64,000 nucleotides of DNA from Tortispora ganteri (lineage: Eukaryota). Of this stretch, positions 21,145 through 32,687 are shown in pieces. The DNA lies in NCBI GenBank assembly GCA_003707115.1, contig PPNB01000007.1, positions 1-64,000 on the forward strand. Direction: 5' to 3'. A program made the translations under genes and the position numbers. Within the stretch, counting starts at the first letter, position 1, and each line of letters starts with the position of its first letter. A model generated the notes under the pieces. That model did no database searches, was not told the origin of the DNA, and worked only from the letters and a program-made list of their open reading frames with translations.

Positions 21145-21681
21145 TCAAAGGTGTAACAAACCAGAGTTAACCAATAGATTTTCTAATTCAATAGTTGTGA
21201 ACGTATCTTTATTACCAAGTTTATTAAATCCGATAAGTTTTAATGCCTCTTGGTGGTATTTATAGCCTACAAGGACAGGGAGTGTTTTAATGTCTAATTT
21301 CGCGACTAGAAAGGGAGCATTTTCAACAGATATCTCTATGAATTTTGATTCCCAGTGGTTTTTTGCAAGTTTATCAAGATGTTCAGAAAGAATTTTACAT
21401 CTTTCAAAAGATTCAAGTTTATAATGAACAATTGTACGTTCAGAATTGATACAAGTTTGCATAAGATCCCTTTCGTTAGTGTAGTTGACTAGGGTACCAT
21501 TACCTGATTCATAATATTGTTTCATTTTCTTAATTTGAGAAGCTAATTGATCTCGACGTTTTGATTCATAATTATAAATATCCTCATTAAGAAAATCATC
21601 AATTTCTTTATCACTATTTTCATCTTCAAAGGTTTGCTTGAATGTCGCGATTGGATCCATGGTAGTGTGAGGGATTGGCAT
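21145..21681 (-). CDS. PLP1: Phosducin-like thioredoxin-fold protein (Plp1/TXNDC9 type)
   Basis: FERCKILSEHL..LA..H.ESKFIEISVENAPFLVAKLDIKTLP, GFNKLGNKDTF; start may be 21660. Confidence 0.85.
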   Translation of the reverse strand: MPIPHTTMDPIATFKQTFEDENSDKEIDDFLNEDIYNYESKRRDQLASQIKKMKQYYESGNGTLVNYTNERDLMQTCINSERTIVHYKLESFERCKILSEHLDKLAKNHWESKFIEISVENAPFLVAKLDIKTLPVLVGYKYHQEALKLIGFNKLGNKDTFTTIELENLLVNSGLLHL

Positions 21682-21870
21682 TGATAAAAGCTTAAATTAT
21701 GACGAAGTCAGAATGTTATTATATAAGTCAATATAATGCTGGGACCTTCTTTTTTTAACATAAATCACCTCTGTTTGATCGATTTGATCGATTTGATCGA
21801 TTTTATAGGTTTTATCGATTTAATAAATTTATTGATAAGATTTTTATTATTTACTGATTACTACTTGACA

Positions 21871-22509
21871 ATGAGTAAAGCATCAAGTAGCTTAATCATG
21901 AAGCAATACGCTGCGTTGCGTGACCCTAAAACGAAATTGGCAAGTTTCCAAGTTGAACTTAAAGATGATGATATTTACACATGGATAGTATACATATTCA
22001 TGCTTGATAAGGATAGTTTTTATTATGGTGGCATATTCCGGGCTGAAATGGTATTCCCAATTGACTATCCGTTCAGCCCGCCACGGTTCCGCTTTCTTAC
22101 ACCTATATATCATCCGAATGTATACCCTACAGGTGAATTATGTATATCGATTTTACATAGTGGTGAAGATGAAATGTCTGGTGAGGCCGCCGCTGAACGC
22201 TGGTCTCCCGCTCAGACTGCAGAATCTGTTTTAATATCAATCCTCTCATTGCTTGAGGACCCCAATCCGAACTCTCCCGCAAACATAGACGCCGGTGTAG
22301 ATTTCAGAAATAATATGGAAAGGTACAGACAGAAAGTATTTCAATCAGTCGAAAGTTCAAAGGAAACGCTGCCTGCAGGTATACAATTTCCATCAGAAGA
22401 TCAAACAGTTCCTCCAGAACCTGAAACTCTCTCTGATGAGGACGACTACTGGTGGGATTCTGCTGCCGAAGACGATTACGATGAGGATTTAAGTGTGGAT
22501 AACGAATAA
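21871..22509 (+). CDS. CDC34: Ubiquitin-conjugating enzyme Cdc34
   Basis: YHPNVYPTGELCISILH plus acidic insertion, ERWSPAQ, acidic tail; probable start 21871. Confidence 0.88.
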   Translation: MSKASSSLIMKQYAALRDPKTKLASFQVELKDDDIYTWIVYIFMLDKDSFYYGGIFRAEMVFPIDYPFSPPRFRFLTPIYHPNVYPTGELCISILHSGEDEMSGEAAAERWSPAQTAESVLISILSLLEDPNPNSPANIDAGVDFRNNMERYRQKVFQSVESSKETLPAGIQFPSEDQTVPPEPETLSDEDDYWWDSAAEDDYDEDLSVDNE

Positions 22510-22556
22510 TTTATTACAATAAATATTTGACCGGCTTGTCTAATACATCGTGGTTA

Positions 22557-23654
22557 TCATGCAGCGTTCTTCACTGCATCATCAAAAGATTCCTGCTTAA
22601 ACCGTAATTGGCACCATTCACCGCACGAGATCGGCGCATACTTTGCAGGCTCAGTAGCGCTAATACATGACGGCAGCACCGAACACGTCTCGTTGAAATT
22701 GAACCCGAAAAAAAACGGCACAGAGTACCGGTCGCAGCTTGTGTCGACCGGGTAAACGCGGTGAACTGTCGATTTGAATCGGTCGTTTGTTAGCCGCATC
22801 AGGTAATCACCGATATTAACCACCAAACTGTCCTTTAACGGTGGCACAATCACCCACTCACTCTCCTTGTTCAATACCTGCAGTCCACCCGTCGCGTCCT
22901 GCCACAGCAGCGTCAGACACTGCAAATCAGTATGCGCACCGAGTCCAGCGTTCCGCGCGCTATAACGCTGGCCGGCCTGTGCAGGCTGCGCAGGATAATA
23001 GTTTAGCACGCAATCCGCGCCCGGATACGTCACTAGCTTATCAAAATAAGTCAGCGGCAGGTCCAGCGTCAGTGCAAATACTTGTATAAGCCGTCGAGAC
23101 AATTCAAGGCACTGCTGCCAATACTCTATACATGCGTCCTTAAACCCAGCAATATGCGCCGTCGAGTCCCACACGAACTGTTCCCCGCGTATTTCACGCG
23201 CAATTTCATCAGGGATTTCCCGTACATCCCTATCGGTTTTCGCCGGATCAAATTGTGGATCATACCTGAACGAGAACCCTTCCTTATGGTCTAGCGACTC
23301 AGACAGACAGGCACGCTGTACGAGAGGCGGTTGCCACCCGTTGAAGTACCGCGATTGGCGGCGATTTGCTTTCTCTTTCAATTCTGCAGGCTGATTAAAG
23401 AATCGTTTAGCTGCGTCTGCGATCCGTTCGGTCGATTCTCTCGACACCCCGTGATTCACAATATAGAAGAATCCCGTTTGTGTCGCTGCAACCTTGATCT
23501 TGTCCGCCAACGCACGCAACTCCGCAATATCGCCCGTTTTCAAACATCCTACATCAATTATTGGTACCTCTTCGAGTCCACATTCCCGCGGCTCTTTGTC
23601 AGAGACGTACTTTTCCACAGGGCCGTACGACGATCGCAGTATGATAGTTGGCAT
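22557..23654 (-). CDS. 2-oxoglutarate/Fe(II) dioxygenase (IPNS-like, DIOX_N + 2OG-FeII_Oxy)
   Basis: VPIIDV..GFFYIVNHG, HTD...H triad (GAHTDLQCLTLL; STVHRV), RYS motif; first ATG 23654. Confidence 0.9.
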   Translation of the reverse strand: MPTIILRSSYGPVEKYVSDKEPRECGLEEVPIIDVGCLKTGDIAELRALADKIKVAATQTGFFYIVNHGVSRESTERIADAAKRFFNQPAELKEKANRRQSRYFNGWQPPLVQRACLSESLDHKEGFSFRYDPQFDPAKTDRDVREIPDEIAREIRGEQFVWDSTAHIAGFKDACIEYWQQCLELSRRLIQVFALTLDLPLTYFDKLVTYPGADCVLNYYPAQPAQAGQRYSARNAGLGAHTDLQCLTLLWQDATGGLQVLNKESEWVIVPPLKDSLVVNIGDYLMRLTNDRFKSTVHRVYPVDTSCDRYSVPFFFGFNFNETCSVLPSCISATEPAKYAPISCGEWCQLRFKQESFDDAVKNAA

Positions 23655-24027
23655 GTCGAAAGGGGAGAAGACTAGGGTTGTGTCAGCACCTTGTCTCACT
23701 ATCACACACCCTCCTTGTCACATACGCGCAAAATGACACCGAGACAATATGCTAAACACATTCCGTACACAATTACTAAATTACAGCATTAATCCGGTAC
23801 TCGTGAAACTGCTCCTGTGCCATTGCATGCCCCCAATGGCCTCGTAGGCCTCGACCGCCGCCGAACCTTAAATCAATCACACTTTTGTACCTCCACCGAG
23901 ACCCCAGAACCTTCCCTTTCCCTGCACATTAAAGACTACTCACGCCGCTTTTAAAAGTTCTTAATATAGACATTCCGCCTTTATATGCAACACGCAAGTG
24001 ATCAGTTATTTACGTAGAAATAACGTA

Positions 24028-25458
24028 ATGACAGAAACAGCTTTGGACCTTAAGAACAAGGGCAACGCTTTCCTGAAGAGCGCCAAATTTGACGATGCTA
24101 TTGCCGCCTATACGGCAGCTATTGATATAGAACCATCCGCTGTGCTCTATTCTAACCGCGCACAGGCTCATATTAAGGCAGAATCATTCGGTCTCGCTAT
24201 CGCCGACGCCACCCATGCCATAGAACTAGACCCCTCCTACATCAAAGGCTACTATCGGCGCGCCATCGCGAATACAGCAATCGCTAAGCACAAAGAGGCT
24301 GCTGCCGATCTGAAAAAGGTCATTGAAAAGGTTCCTGGTGACCGCGACGCCCGTGCTAAGTATGAATCATGCAAGCGCATGGCTAAGCGCCAGGCTTTCG
24401 AGAAAGCAATCGAGGTCGCAGATGAACCATTGCTTATAGATTCGCTCGATATGTCGACGCTAACGGTCGGCAAAGATTACGACGGCATACGATTAGAAAT
24501 AGACGAAACTGGTGCTGCCGTAATGACTCCAGAATTCATCACTGACATGATTGAACGGTTTAAATCAGGCAAAAGGATACACAAGGTATACGTGTATGCA
24601 ATAGTCATAGCTGTCGCAAGAATAATGCGTCAGTCGCCGCCTATGGTCGAGCCATCAATACCTCCAGGAACCCACATAACCGTGTGCGGTGACACACATG
24701 GCCAGTTCTTTGACCTGTTAGAGATATTTGCCCGTGGAGGTGCCCCGTCCGAATCGCACATGTATCTCTTCAATGGAGACTTCGTGGACCGCGGCTCTTG
24801 GTCAACAGAAGTCGCTCTGCTGCTTTACTCCTACAAGCTCTTGTATCCAGATCACTTTTTCCTGAACCGCGGAAACCACGAGACCGACGACATGAACAAG
24901 GTGTACGGATTTGAGGGAGAATGCATCCAGAAATACGGCGATAAGGTCTTCAAACTGTTCTCGGAATCGTTCTCCTTGATGCCCCTCGCAACGCTCATAG
25001 GTTCGTCTTACTTAGTCCTTCATGGCGGTCTGTTCTCGGACGACAACGTCACCTTGGACGATATCAGGAAGATCAACCGGTTTGCTAGCAAACAGCCTGG
25101 CACGTCAGGCTTGATTATGGAGATGTTATGGACTGATCCACAACCTGAGCCCGGACGTGGACCTTCCAAACGTGGCGTAGGCATTCAGTTCGGGCCTGAT
25201 GTTACAGAGAAGTTCTGCAATGCTAACGGTCTCAAAGCCATTATCCGATCACACGAAGTCCGCATGGGAGGATACGAAATTGAACATAATGGAAAACTCA
25301 TAACCGTGTTCTCTGCGCCTAACTACTGTGATATGCAAGGAAACAAGGGTGCCTACATAAATATAGGGCCTGAATTGGAACTTGACTTCCACACTTTCGA
25401 AGCCGTTCCGCATCCTGACATTAAACCTATGGCCTATGCCAACAGCCTCATGTCATAG
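24028..25458 (+). CDS. PPT1: Ser/Thr protein phosphatase 5 (TPR + PPP)
   Basis: TPR repeats; GDTHGQ, GDFVDRG, RGNHE, SAPNYC; C-terminal PMAYAN. Confidence 0.96.
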   Translation: MTETALDLKNKGNAFLKSAKFDDAIAAYTAAIDIEPSAVLYSNRAQAHIKAESFGLAIADATHAIELDPSYIKGYYRRAIANTAIAKHKEAAADLKKVIEKVPGDRDARAKYESCKRMAKRQAFEKAIEVADEPLLIDSLDMSTLTVGKDYDGIRLEIDETGAAVMTPEFITDMIERFKSGKRIHKVYVYAIVIAVARIMRQSPPMVEPSIPPGTHITVCGDTHGQFFDLLEIFARGGAPSESHMYLFNGDFVDRGSWSTEVALLLYSYKLLYPDHFFLNRGNHETDDMNKVYGFEGECIQKYGDKVFKLFSESFSLMPLATLIGSSYLVLHGGLFSDDNVTLDDIRKINRFASKQPGTSGLIMEMLWTDPQPEPGRGPSKRGVGIQFGPDVTEKFCNANGLKAIIRSHEVRMGGYEIEHNGKLITVFSAPNYCDMQGNKGAYINIGPELELDFHTFEAVPHPDIKPMAYANSLMS

Positions 25459-25534
25459 GTGCACGACAAAAGAGATGACTGTAACGTACCCATAATGTCT
25501 TAGATTCACTTTAGTTCATTCATTTATTGATTCA

Positions 25535-25834
25535 TTAATCAATAATACTCTGCACGTAATCTCCACCTTTGACAACAGAAAGTCCAGCTTCCTCACCAGA
25601 CACTGTACTACTATACCCACTAAATGCAGCTCTCATTATCGGATACACCGATCGAGGCACACGGATCCAAGCATTGTAAGGATCGATTTTTAACATATCG
25701 ATTGGCACAGCTTCACCTGAAGTTCCATAGAACTGTTTGGCCGCTGCTTTCAAGAGCAGGAACCAAGACGACTCATCTGGACACGCCACGGTACTGCGCA
25801 AATGCATATACCCGAAATCACTCGGTATGAGCAT
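25535..25834 (-). CDS. POP8: RNase P/MRP subunit Pop8
   Basis: From ATG 25834: YMHL...AAKQFYGTSGEAVPIDMLK...AWIRVPR. Confidence 0.75.
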   Translation of the reverse strand: MLIPSDFGYMHLRSTVACPDESSWFLLLKAAAKQFYGTSGEAVPIDMLKIDPYNAWIRVPRSVYPIMRAAFSGYSSTVSGEEAGLSVVKGGDYVQSIID

Positions 25835-26060
25835 CTCGAACGCACACTGCAAATAAAACTTCACAAAATGGCGTCGACTTGCACGTAAATTGATCACAAT
25901 GCCAAAAATATATTCAACTTAAAGGTAGACATTAAACTTTCAGAGTTTGTCTCTGTTGATGGTCGGCATAGCAACCATCACCGCTTCTACTAGATAAGTA
26001 GGAGAAATCCCCGCCTACACACTTTCTACTGTATACACTCACTGTATAGCGCACTATCAG

Positions 26061-26872
26061 GTAAGTTCATAATAGTGAAAGGAGCCCCCGCCCAACCCAA
26101 GGTATGGCAGCGTATTAGCGACGGTGTGTATTTTGACGGCGAACAGCTGCACATAAGTATTTTACAGATTTGTATGCATATTATCCATTCGAAATGACCA
26201 ATTGAACAATATAGGTTCTATTTTTTTCTTGTTTAAGTGGCTAATTTGTTGGTTTCAGTTGTGTTGTTTACCACCATTAAGCCTGACAGCGCTTTCGACT
26301 GTGTCCCAAAACACTACTAAGAATCGTCCATATCACTAGCTCGCGAACTACACCCTATTTGTTCCAGTTTCTTCGTCTCTACAGTCTATACAATGCAAAA
26401 TTGCACAGGACACTGTTCCTCAGTTGTGTTGTTATTTTAGCGCCTGTCGCTGTTTCTTGAATTGAGGGGTGTCGGTAAGAACTGCTGTCTCCCCCTAGCT
26501 CCAATAGCGCAGAAACGGTTGCTAATGCAAACATTAGTTTTCAGCCAGTGCCCCTACTTTTGTAACCCTCCACCCTTGAGATGATATACGGTTCTAGCCG
26601 TATTTACGATCGATGCCTTGCTTTTACCTATTGGCTGAGCCGTTTAAGCTTATATTACTTTACTAAGCGATATACATTCGCTATTGGCTTATATTCGTTT
26701 ACGATCATCTCGAGAGCGGTTGCATCAAACTTTAATGACGTTTTACTTTACCACGTCCCAGATCGCGCTTTGTTTATTGTTGCAGCGCGTAGTCGCTCTG
26801 CCCTCTTGACACACACAGACACCTTTCGCATTTTCACATATCCTATTGTTCCCGCATACTAACACCTTTTAG
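26061..26872 (+). other. Predicted 5'-UTR intron of NHP6
   Basis: CAG|GTAAGT donor at 26061, TACTAAC at 26857-26863, TAG ending 26872, 21 nt before the ATG. Confidence 0.65.
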
Positions 26873-26893
26873 TCACTTTCGAAACTACTAAAA

Positions 26894-27169
26894 ATGCCTA
26901 AAGACGAAACTAAAAGACCCAGAGACCGCAAGAAAAAGGACCCTAATGCTCCCAAGCGTGCCATGTCCGCCTACATGTTCTTTGCCAACGAGCAGCGCGA
27001 AACCGTTCGCGAAGAGAACCCCGGTATCGCTTTCGGCCAGGTTGGAAAAGTTCTCGGCGAAAAGTGGAGAGCTTTATCTACCGAAGAAAAGGCCCCCTAC
27101 GAAAAAATGGCTCAAGACGACAAAAAGCGCTACGAGGCTGACAAGGCTAAGTACAACGGTACCGTTTAA
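26894..27169 (+). CDS. NHP6: HMG-box chromatin protein Nhp6
   Basis: [46 protein letters not shown]. Confidence 0.97.
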   Translation: MPKDETKRPRDRKKKDPNAPKRAMSAYMFFANEQRETVREENPGIAFGQVGKVLGEKWRALSTEEKAPYEKMAQDDKKRYEADKAKYNGTV

Positions 27170-27420
27170 CGAAACCAATGCTGGTGAGAGATAGTTGTTC
27201 CATGTTCTATTTCTACTACTTATTACCTCAGCATTTTCTTTCAGTGTACCCACTGCTTATTGCCTTCATACTAATCTCCTAGCTTGACCAGCCTGTACAA
27301 TTAGCCTATATGTTTTTTTGTTATCTATATGTTATATCGTAAATTCGTCGTAATTGGCAACTTCGTGTACATGCAGTTGCAATAGTCATAGAAATGTTAA
27401 TAAACGTATACGTCTATTCC

Positions 27421-30137
27421 TCAAGTCAGTTTTACCGATCCATTTTTCTCCTCTGAAGCTTCTAATAAATACCATCGAACACCGTCGCTCAGTTCCATAG
27501 GATTCAGCGATTTGGGGTCATTTACGTCGACAACATGTTCTTCTATCGCCGTAATGCGACCTAATAACCAGTCACGCGATCCTAGCCCAAACTGTTCATT
27601 CTCACTCAAGAAATAGTGTGGTGCTCCAATATTGAATGCTGCCCATGGTTTGGCGCTCAATGTTGAATTGTCCTGTCTACGAGCATTCGATCTAGTTGGC
27701 AAAAATAATGCAAGATCCCCAACTTTGAACGCCCGAAATGCAATGCGATTCCCAAGTTGATTGGTCAGACGTGAAGACTTCTCCTTATAATATTTGGCTT
27801 CCTTCTGCCAACGCCTGGCCAATGCCTCTAATGCCTTTATCCGCTTGCTAATAGCGTCAGCAGCAGCATCAATATAGATTTCAGATTTGCCTAAAAATGC
27901 CTCAAAATTGGCATTCTCAATTTGCAACAGCTCAGTTACTTCAATTGTCTTAGATTCTGGATAAATCCATGTCGTGAACTCTTCAGATTCTTCCAGCGGG
28001 GCGCTTCCAGAGACTTCCAAATCGTGCGAATCGTTCTCTATCGACTGCTCGCCTTCCTTTAGGCTATCGGAACCTTCAGCCGTATCAGAAGAGTGTCGAT
28101 GCTTGACTCTCTCAAAAGTTAGCGATCCGTCTTTGTAAACTTCTTTCAAGCCCGCAGACCGCAACAACGCCCGAATTTTGCCCCTTGTATCCCATAGCCT
28201 CTTGGACAATGTATCTGCCTTTTGAGTGCGCGATTCAAGGACTTCTTGCTTACATAAATATCCGCCAGTCTCATTAGCAGTCAGTGACGCTGACCGTTCT
28301 ATGTTGTGTGATGAGTTGAGTTCAAGAGACATGTTTTGGAACCTAGTCACTAGTGCTGACTTATGAAGAAGGTCTTCTAATCGACGGACCCGCTGTTCAT
28401 ACATCGCCACTTTCTCATTTAGTTTTGTCACAGTTTCATCGGGGCTGTCATTAACAGTAGAAGACGTTAGCAACCCTGAGCCAGGTTGTTCCAGAGTACG
28501 AGATCCAATAGCGCCAGATTTGAAAGTTTTATCACCAGTTGCAGGATCTGCTAACATTAATTTAAATGTTTCTATCTCCTTCTCTGTATCTGCAAACAAA
28601 CGCTTCAAGCTATCGATCTCGGATTCATTGTAGTTCGACTCTTCCAGAGATTTCATGTATTGTGTAAAAGAGTGATACACTCCAGTTGCAGGCACGACAT
28701 TAGACGCCAAAACAGAGCCTGTGGGAAACTCGTCAAATCCTTCAGGTATAAATTCCATTATTCGAGGATACAGCATCGATCCAGCAAAAGAAAGCTCGGA
28801 ATGCATGAAATTGTCCCTTCTAACTTGTTCTTTGCTGATAACTGTATTGTAAGTAGCAGATACACGAGACAAGGCCCGACTATTTTCAATATTCCATTCT
28901 TTCCGTCTGATAATTTCAATTAGAATCTTGCCGTAGAGAGTTGGCAAGGTGTCCAGTTCAACTATTTGGGTAGTGATATCTTCGAGCATACGCTGGTCAG
29001 TTTCTGCTGTAGATATTAGTTTTTTTAGCGGGACCATACTGGACTGGTAAGTAGCGACTTTATTGAGAACAATAGAAGAGACTTTCCTGGATTTAATGTA
29101 GGTACCTTCGAAGGCGGAGTAGCGTTGGTTCAAGAAATCGGTCATTACTGATGTAAGCTGCGGTAGTGTAGCCTGCAGAAGGGAATCGATTGATCGATTT
29201 TCCGAGCCGGAAGATCGCTTAAATGAACGTATTTCCTTCTCTACGTTATTCGATAAAAGCCGCACGCTGTCCAAGAAACCTTCTGACGTAGAATGAGTCA
29301 GTTTAAGGTCACTGACGGTGGGGAAATCGTTAGCTGCGTGTTGAACAGTTTGTGTCGATTGTTTCAAAGAGTCAATATGTGTTTTCAGTGTATTCAAGGT
29401 TTCTCTGAGCCCCTGATTGAGCCGTTCGCCGTTTGATCCAAGACTCTCTATATCGGCTGCGGTGACTATTGCGGAGAAGTTGGAGTAAGATGGATTGGGC
29501 AACTGGATATGAGAGAGATAATGTATTGTTTGACGCCAATTATGATCAAAGAGCGTATTGTTAAGTTTCTGTGAGTTGCTGAGACACTTTGTGTATCTTT
29601 TAATAAAACTATTGGAGAGTCTTGTGAGGTGATCAATCGCAGCTAGAGCAGCACGTCGCATTGTCTCTGAACGGATCAAAGCTTCTTCAATTGCAGTATG
29701 AGTTTCTTCGGCAATATTCAGCTGCGATGCAACAAAATTTTCAAGGACATCAAGTTTCGACAAAGATGTGTTCGATATCACGATTTGGTAATCCTGATGA
29801 AGACTAGTGAGATTGTCCTTGACATTAGCCGCCACATCAGTGGCAATACGGGTAACTGTTTCAGGAGTCTCTATACTAGCAAACGTCAATCTGTCATAAA
29901 CGAAAATTACAGAGTCGTTTTCAAGCTGAGCAAAGTCAATTGTATGTGCAGTTGTAGTAAGCAGTAGCTGTCGGTCTTGTGGGATCTGGAAAACTGTATC
30001 TATGTGCCGTTGAAGATCATGGATACTATAGGTTAGTATATAGGTTACGAAATCATTTTATAAGAGACTTACTTATTCAATGTAATTATATCAATGTCTG
30101 TGCTAGAGCCTGTATGGGCATGCTGGACAATTACCAT
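27421..30137 (-). CDS. ATG11: Selective-autophagy scaffold Atg11; exons 30137-30073 and 30025-27421
   Basis: 47-nt intron 30072-30026 (GTAAGT..TACTAAC..TAG) adds N-terminus AHTG...IFVYDR in frame; C-terminal FKVGDLALFLPTR, WAAFNIGAPHYFL, ELSDGVRWY. Confidence 0.92.
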
Positions 30138-30243
30138 TGATGGGGCGACTTAGGTAAGTGGTGAAGGTCAAAGTGATGATGGGGGCAAACTTTAAATATA
30201 GCCAATAATAGTCTGAATTCTGCGCCAGGGCCCATATTAAATA

Positions 30244-32532
30244 TTAGAAGAGGTTCTTTTCAAGGACAATATCAAGATTGAAATCTTGATCGTATTGTGA
30301 TTTCGATAAACCACAAAGTGGACGAATACATGTAGATACTGCACCGGCGAATACTGAGGCAACAATTGCGCTTAATGAATTGCCTGTTTGCGTGAAATCC
30401 GGATATGCATTCACTTCTAACAGCCATGGTTTAAATCTGTCATCTATAATGAAATCAAGCCCATAGAACTCAAAACAATTAGGTAAAGGTTGAAAACTCA
30501 TCCGATCAGCTGCTAGTGCCGCTTCAAATACCTCCTTAACAATCACTTTGATTTGCTCATATAGGTGTACCTTCTTGTCCGGAGAGATTTCTAGTCCACT
30601 GAACTCTCGCACAGAGTCTACTGGGTTCTCCTGAAGACATGTATTCGTGAGATGCGAAGCCAGATTGTAAATATTCTGGGCATCATAGCGGTCACCAGCA
30701 AAAAGAGCAAGAATTCGTTTGCCAACATACACCGTAATCGCTCCACTGCAAACAACATACACACGTAAATGAAATTTCCGATTGTCTAAAAGCAAAGGAT
30801 TCGTAATGTACTTCTGTACAATGAAATGTCGCAGATGCGAAATCACAATCCCATTATTGCTGTCGTTCTCGCCGTCATCATCGTCTTCGCTATCATTCTC
30901 TTCTTCAAAAGTATCAAATATACCCTGCAGTTGTTCAATAGTCGAAAAAATACGGATCCCCTGGCCCTTGTCGCTCATGCTGGGTTTCAAAATCCACTGA
31001 CACTTCTCATTATCGATAGCATACCTAAGCTCGTAAGCGTCGTCAAGTGCATCATCTAGAAACTCGGCATAATCGACTTCCAGATTATACGTCTCTGGGA
31101 ACGAGCTTGCAAGCAAACTATCAGGATTCTTCGCAGAGTATAGTGCTACACAGTTAGCCAGATAGTTTTTCCGTATCAGTGCTTTCCGGTATACATACGA
31201 ACAGGCAATATAGTGCTGATCCGAAATAATCCGATCAAAGTCCAGTTGCTCGTACTCAGCTATATGCACAAAATAATCACAATTTTTATCACTGGTCAAT
31301 TCTGCTTCAGGTAAATATCGCGTAATCGCTTCAGTCATGTGCGTGCCAATGTATGAAGAATGAGGGTAATCTATACAGACATGTATGGGATTACTACTCC
31401 TGTTAAAATCAGTTATCCATATTCGTACGTCAAACAAATATCAGTTTCGCACTTACAGTTTTATCTCGCCGCGAATATTCACAGACTTGTAGACGGCTTT
31501 AAGGGGAGTGACGCTAGAAATGTTAGTAAACCACAAAAAAGCCCCAAAAAAAAAGAGCTTGAAACCACATTCACGAAGAATGTAATATCAATTAAAAGAA
31601 TAATAAAACTTACCTTATTATATTGTTCGCAACAGCCCAGCCGTCATTACCAGGCTCAGATTCCTCAACACTCTGGTAAACTGCATGAAATCGCGGACGC
31701 CACTTAAATTGGACCTTTCCAGCAAAAGAAGATGACTCTGGTACATCCTCAAGTTCAGCAGCAGCCCTTTCTTCTTCAGAAATCTTCTCACCAGGATGTA
31801 CCGGCTCAAAGCAAGAGCCCCATCTATTTTCTAGTATATCTGTGTACATAGCCTTCGGTAGACCCACAGTGTTCGGTCCAAACGCCGACAACGGCACGTT
31901 CACTGAATAGAGATCTACCGAGTTATCGTTAGGCCACAATTTGAGAAGCTCTTTGACAACTTTGACCGAAGCGTCTGCGGCTCTCATAACAGCACTCGTA
32001 ACAAGTTCTCGCGTGTCAAACGCAAACGAGATTCCTATGCCCTTCACACTAGACAAAGCCGCTTCCATAGCTGCACCGACAGTTCCAGATGACATTATAA
32101 ATAGAGCTGTTGAGTTCCTTCCAAAATTAGGACCTGATATCACAAGATCGACGGGCGGTTTCTGCGGAAACAAGTGATGAATACCTATATTAGTGCATGT
32201 CGCTGGAGTACCATCAAGCAGCGCCCATTCGTTCTCATTATTGGTAGGTGCATCGTAAGGTCCTTCATAATCAAAATTAAAAGGATCGTCCGAAACTGTT
32301 ATATACTGTGCCGTAATCGTCTGCCCAATCATATGCGCTTTTCCTATCCACGACCGTTGCACGTGCGGTACTGCTACACTGATCGTCCAGTCAGTATTCT
32401 CCTTCAGTGACTTCACAAGCGCCATCACATAAGGCGAAGAGTGGTCGCTAGGCGGCCCATCGTCATTCGTAACCTGCAATTAGAATCATGCCCGCAAATT
32501 TTTTTATTATCTTTACTTACAAGTACATGCAT
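30244..32532 (-). CDS. PBY1: SurE nucleotidase + tubulin-tyrosine-ligase fusion Pby1; exons 32532-32521, 32473-31614, 31513-31457, 31399-30244
   Basis: Three GTAAGT introns (47, 100, 57 nt) give one 694-aa frame: MHVLVTNDDG, SGPNFGRN, SGTVGAAMEA (SurE); WILKPSMSDKGQGI, RKFHLRVY, HLTNTC, LLEVNAYPDF (TTL). Confidence 0.9.
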
Positions 32533-32687
32533 CTTGGGTGATGGTAAAAGCTAAATGCTGGTGGTGTAGGCGCCATTGGGCGCATTGCGTTGCGAGAATC
32601 TCGAAACCTAATACCCCCTCTCCCCCCACCCCCCACCACACCCCTAAAGAATTACAGATGGTTCTCATAATACAATTGCAAAAGAAA

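Noticed and set aside
30244..32479. SurE and TTL as two separate genes, as the ORF track implies
   Set aside because: Both track ORFs start at non-ATG codons inside introns; consensus donors join them in frame.
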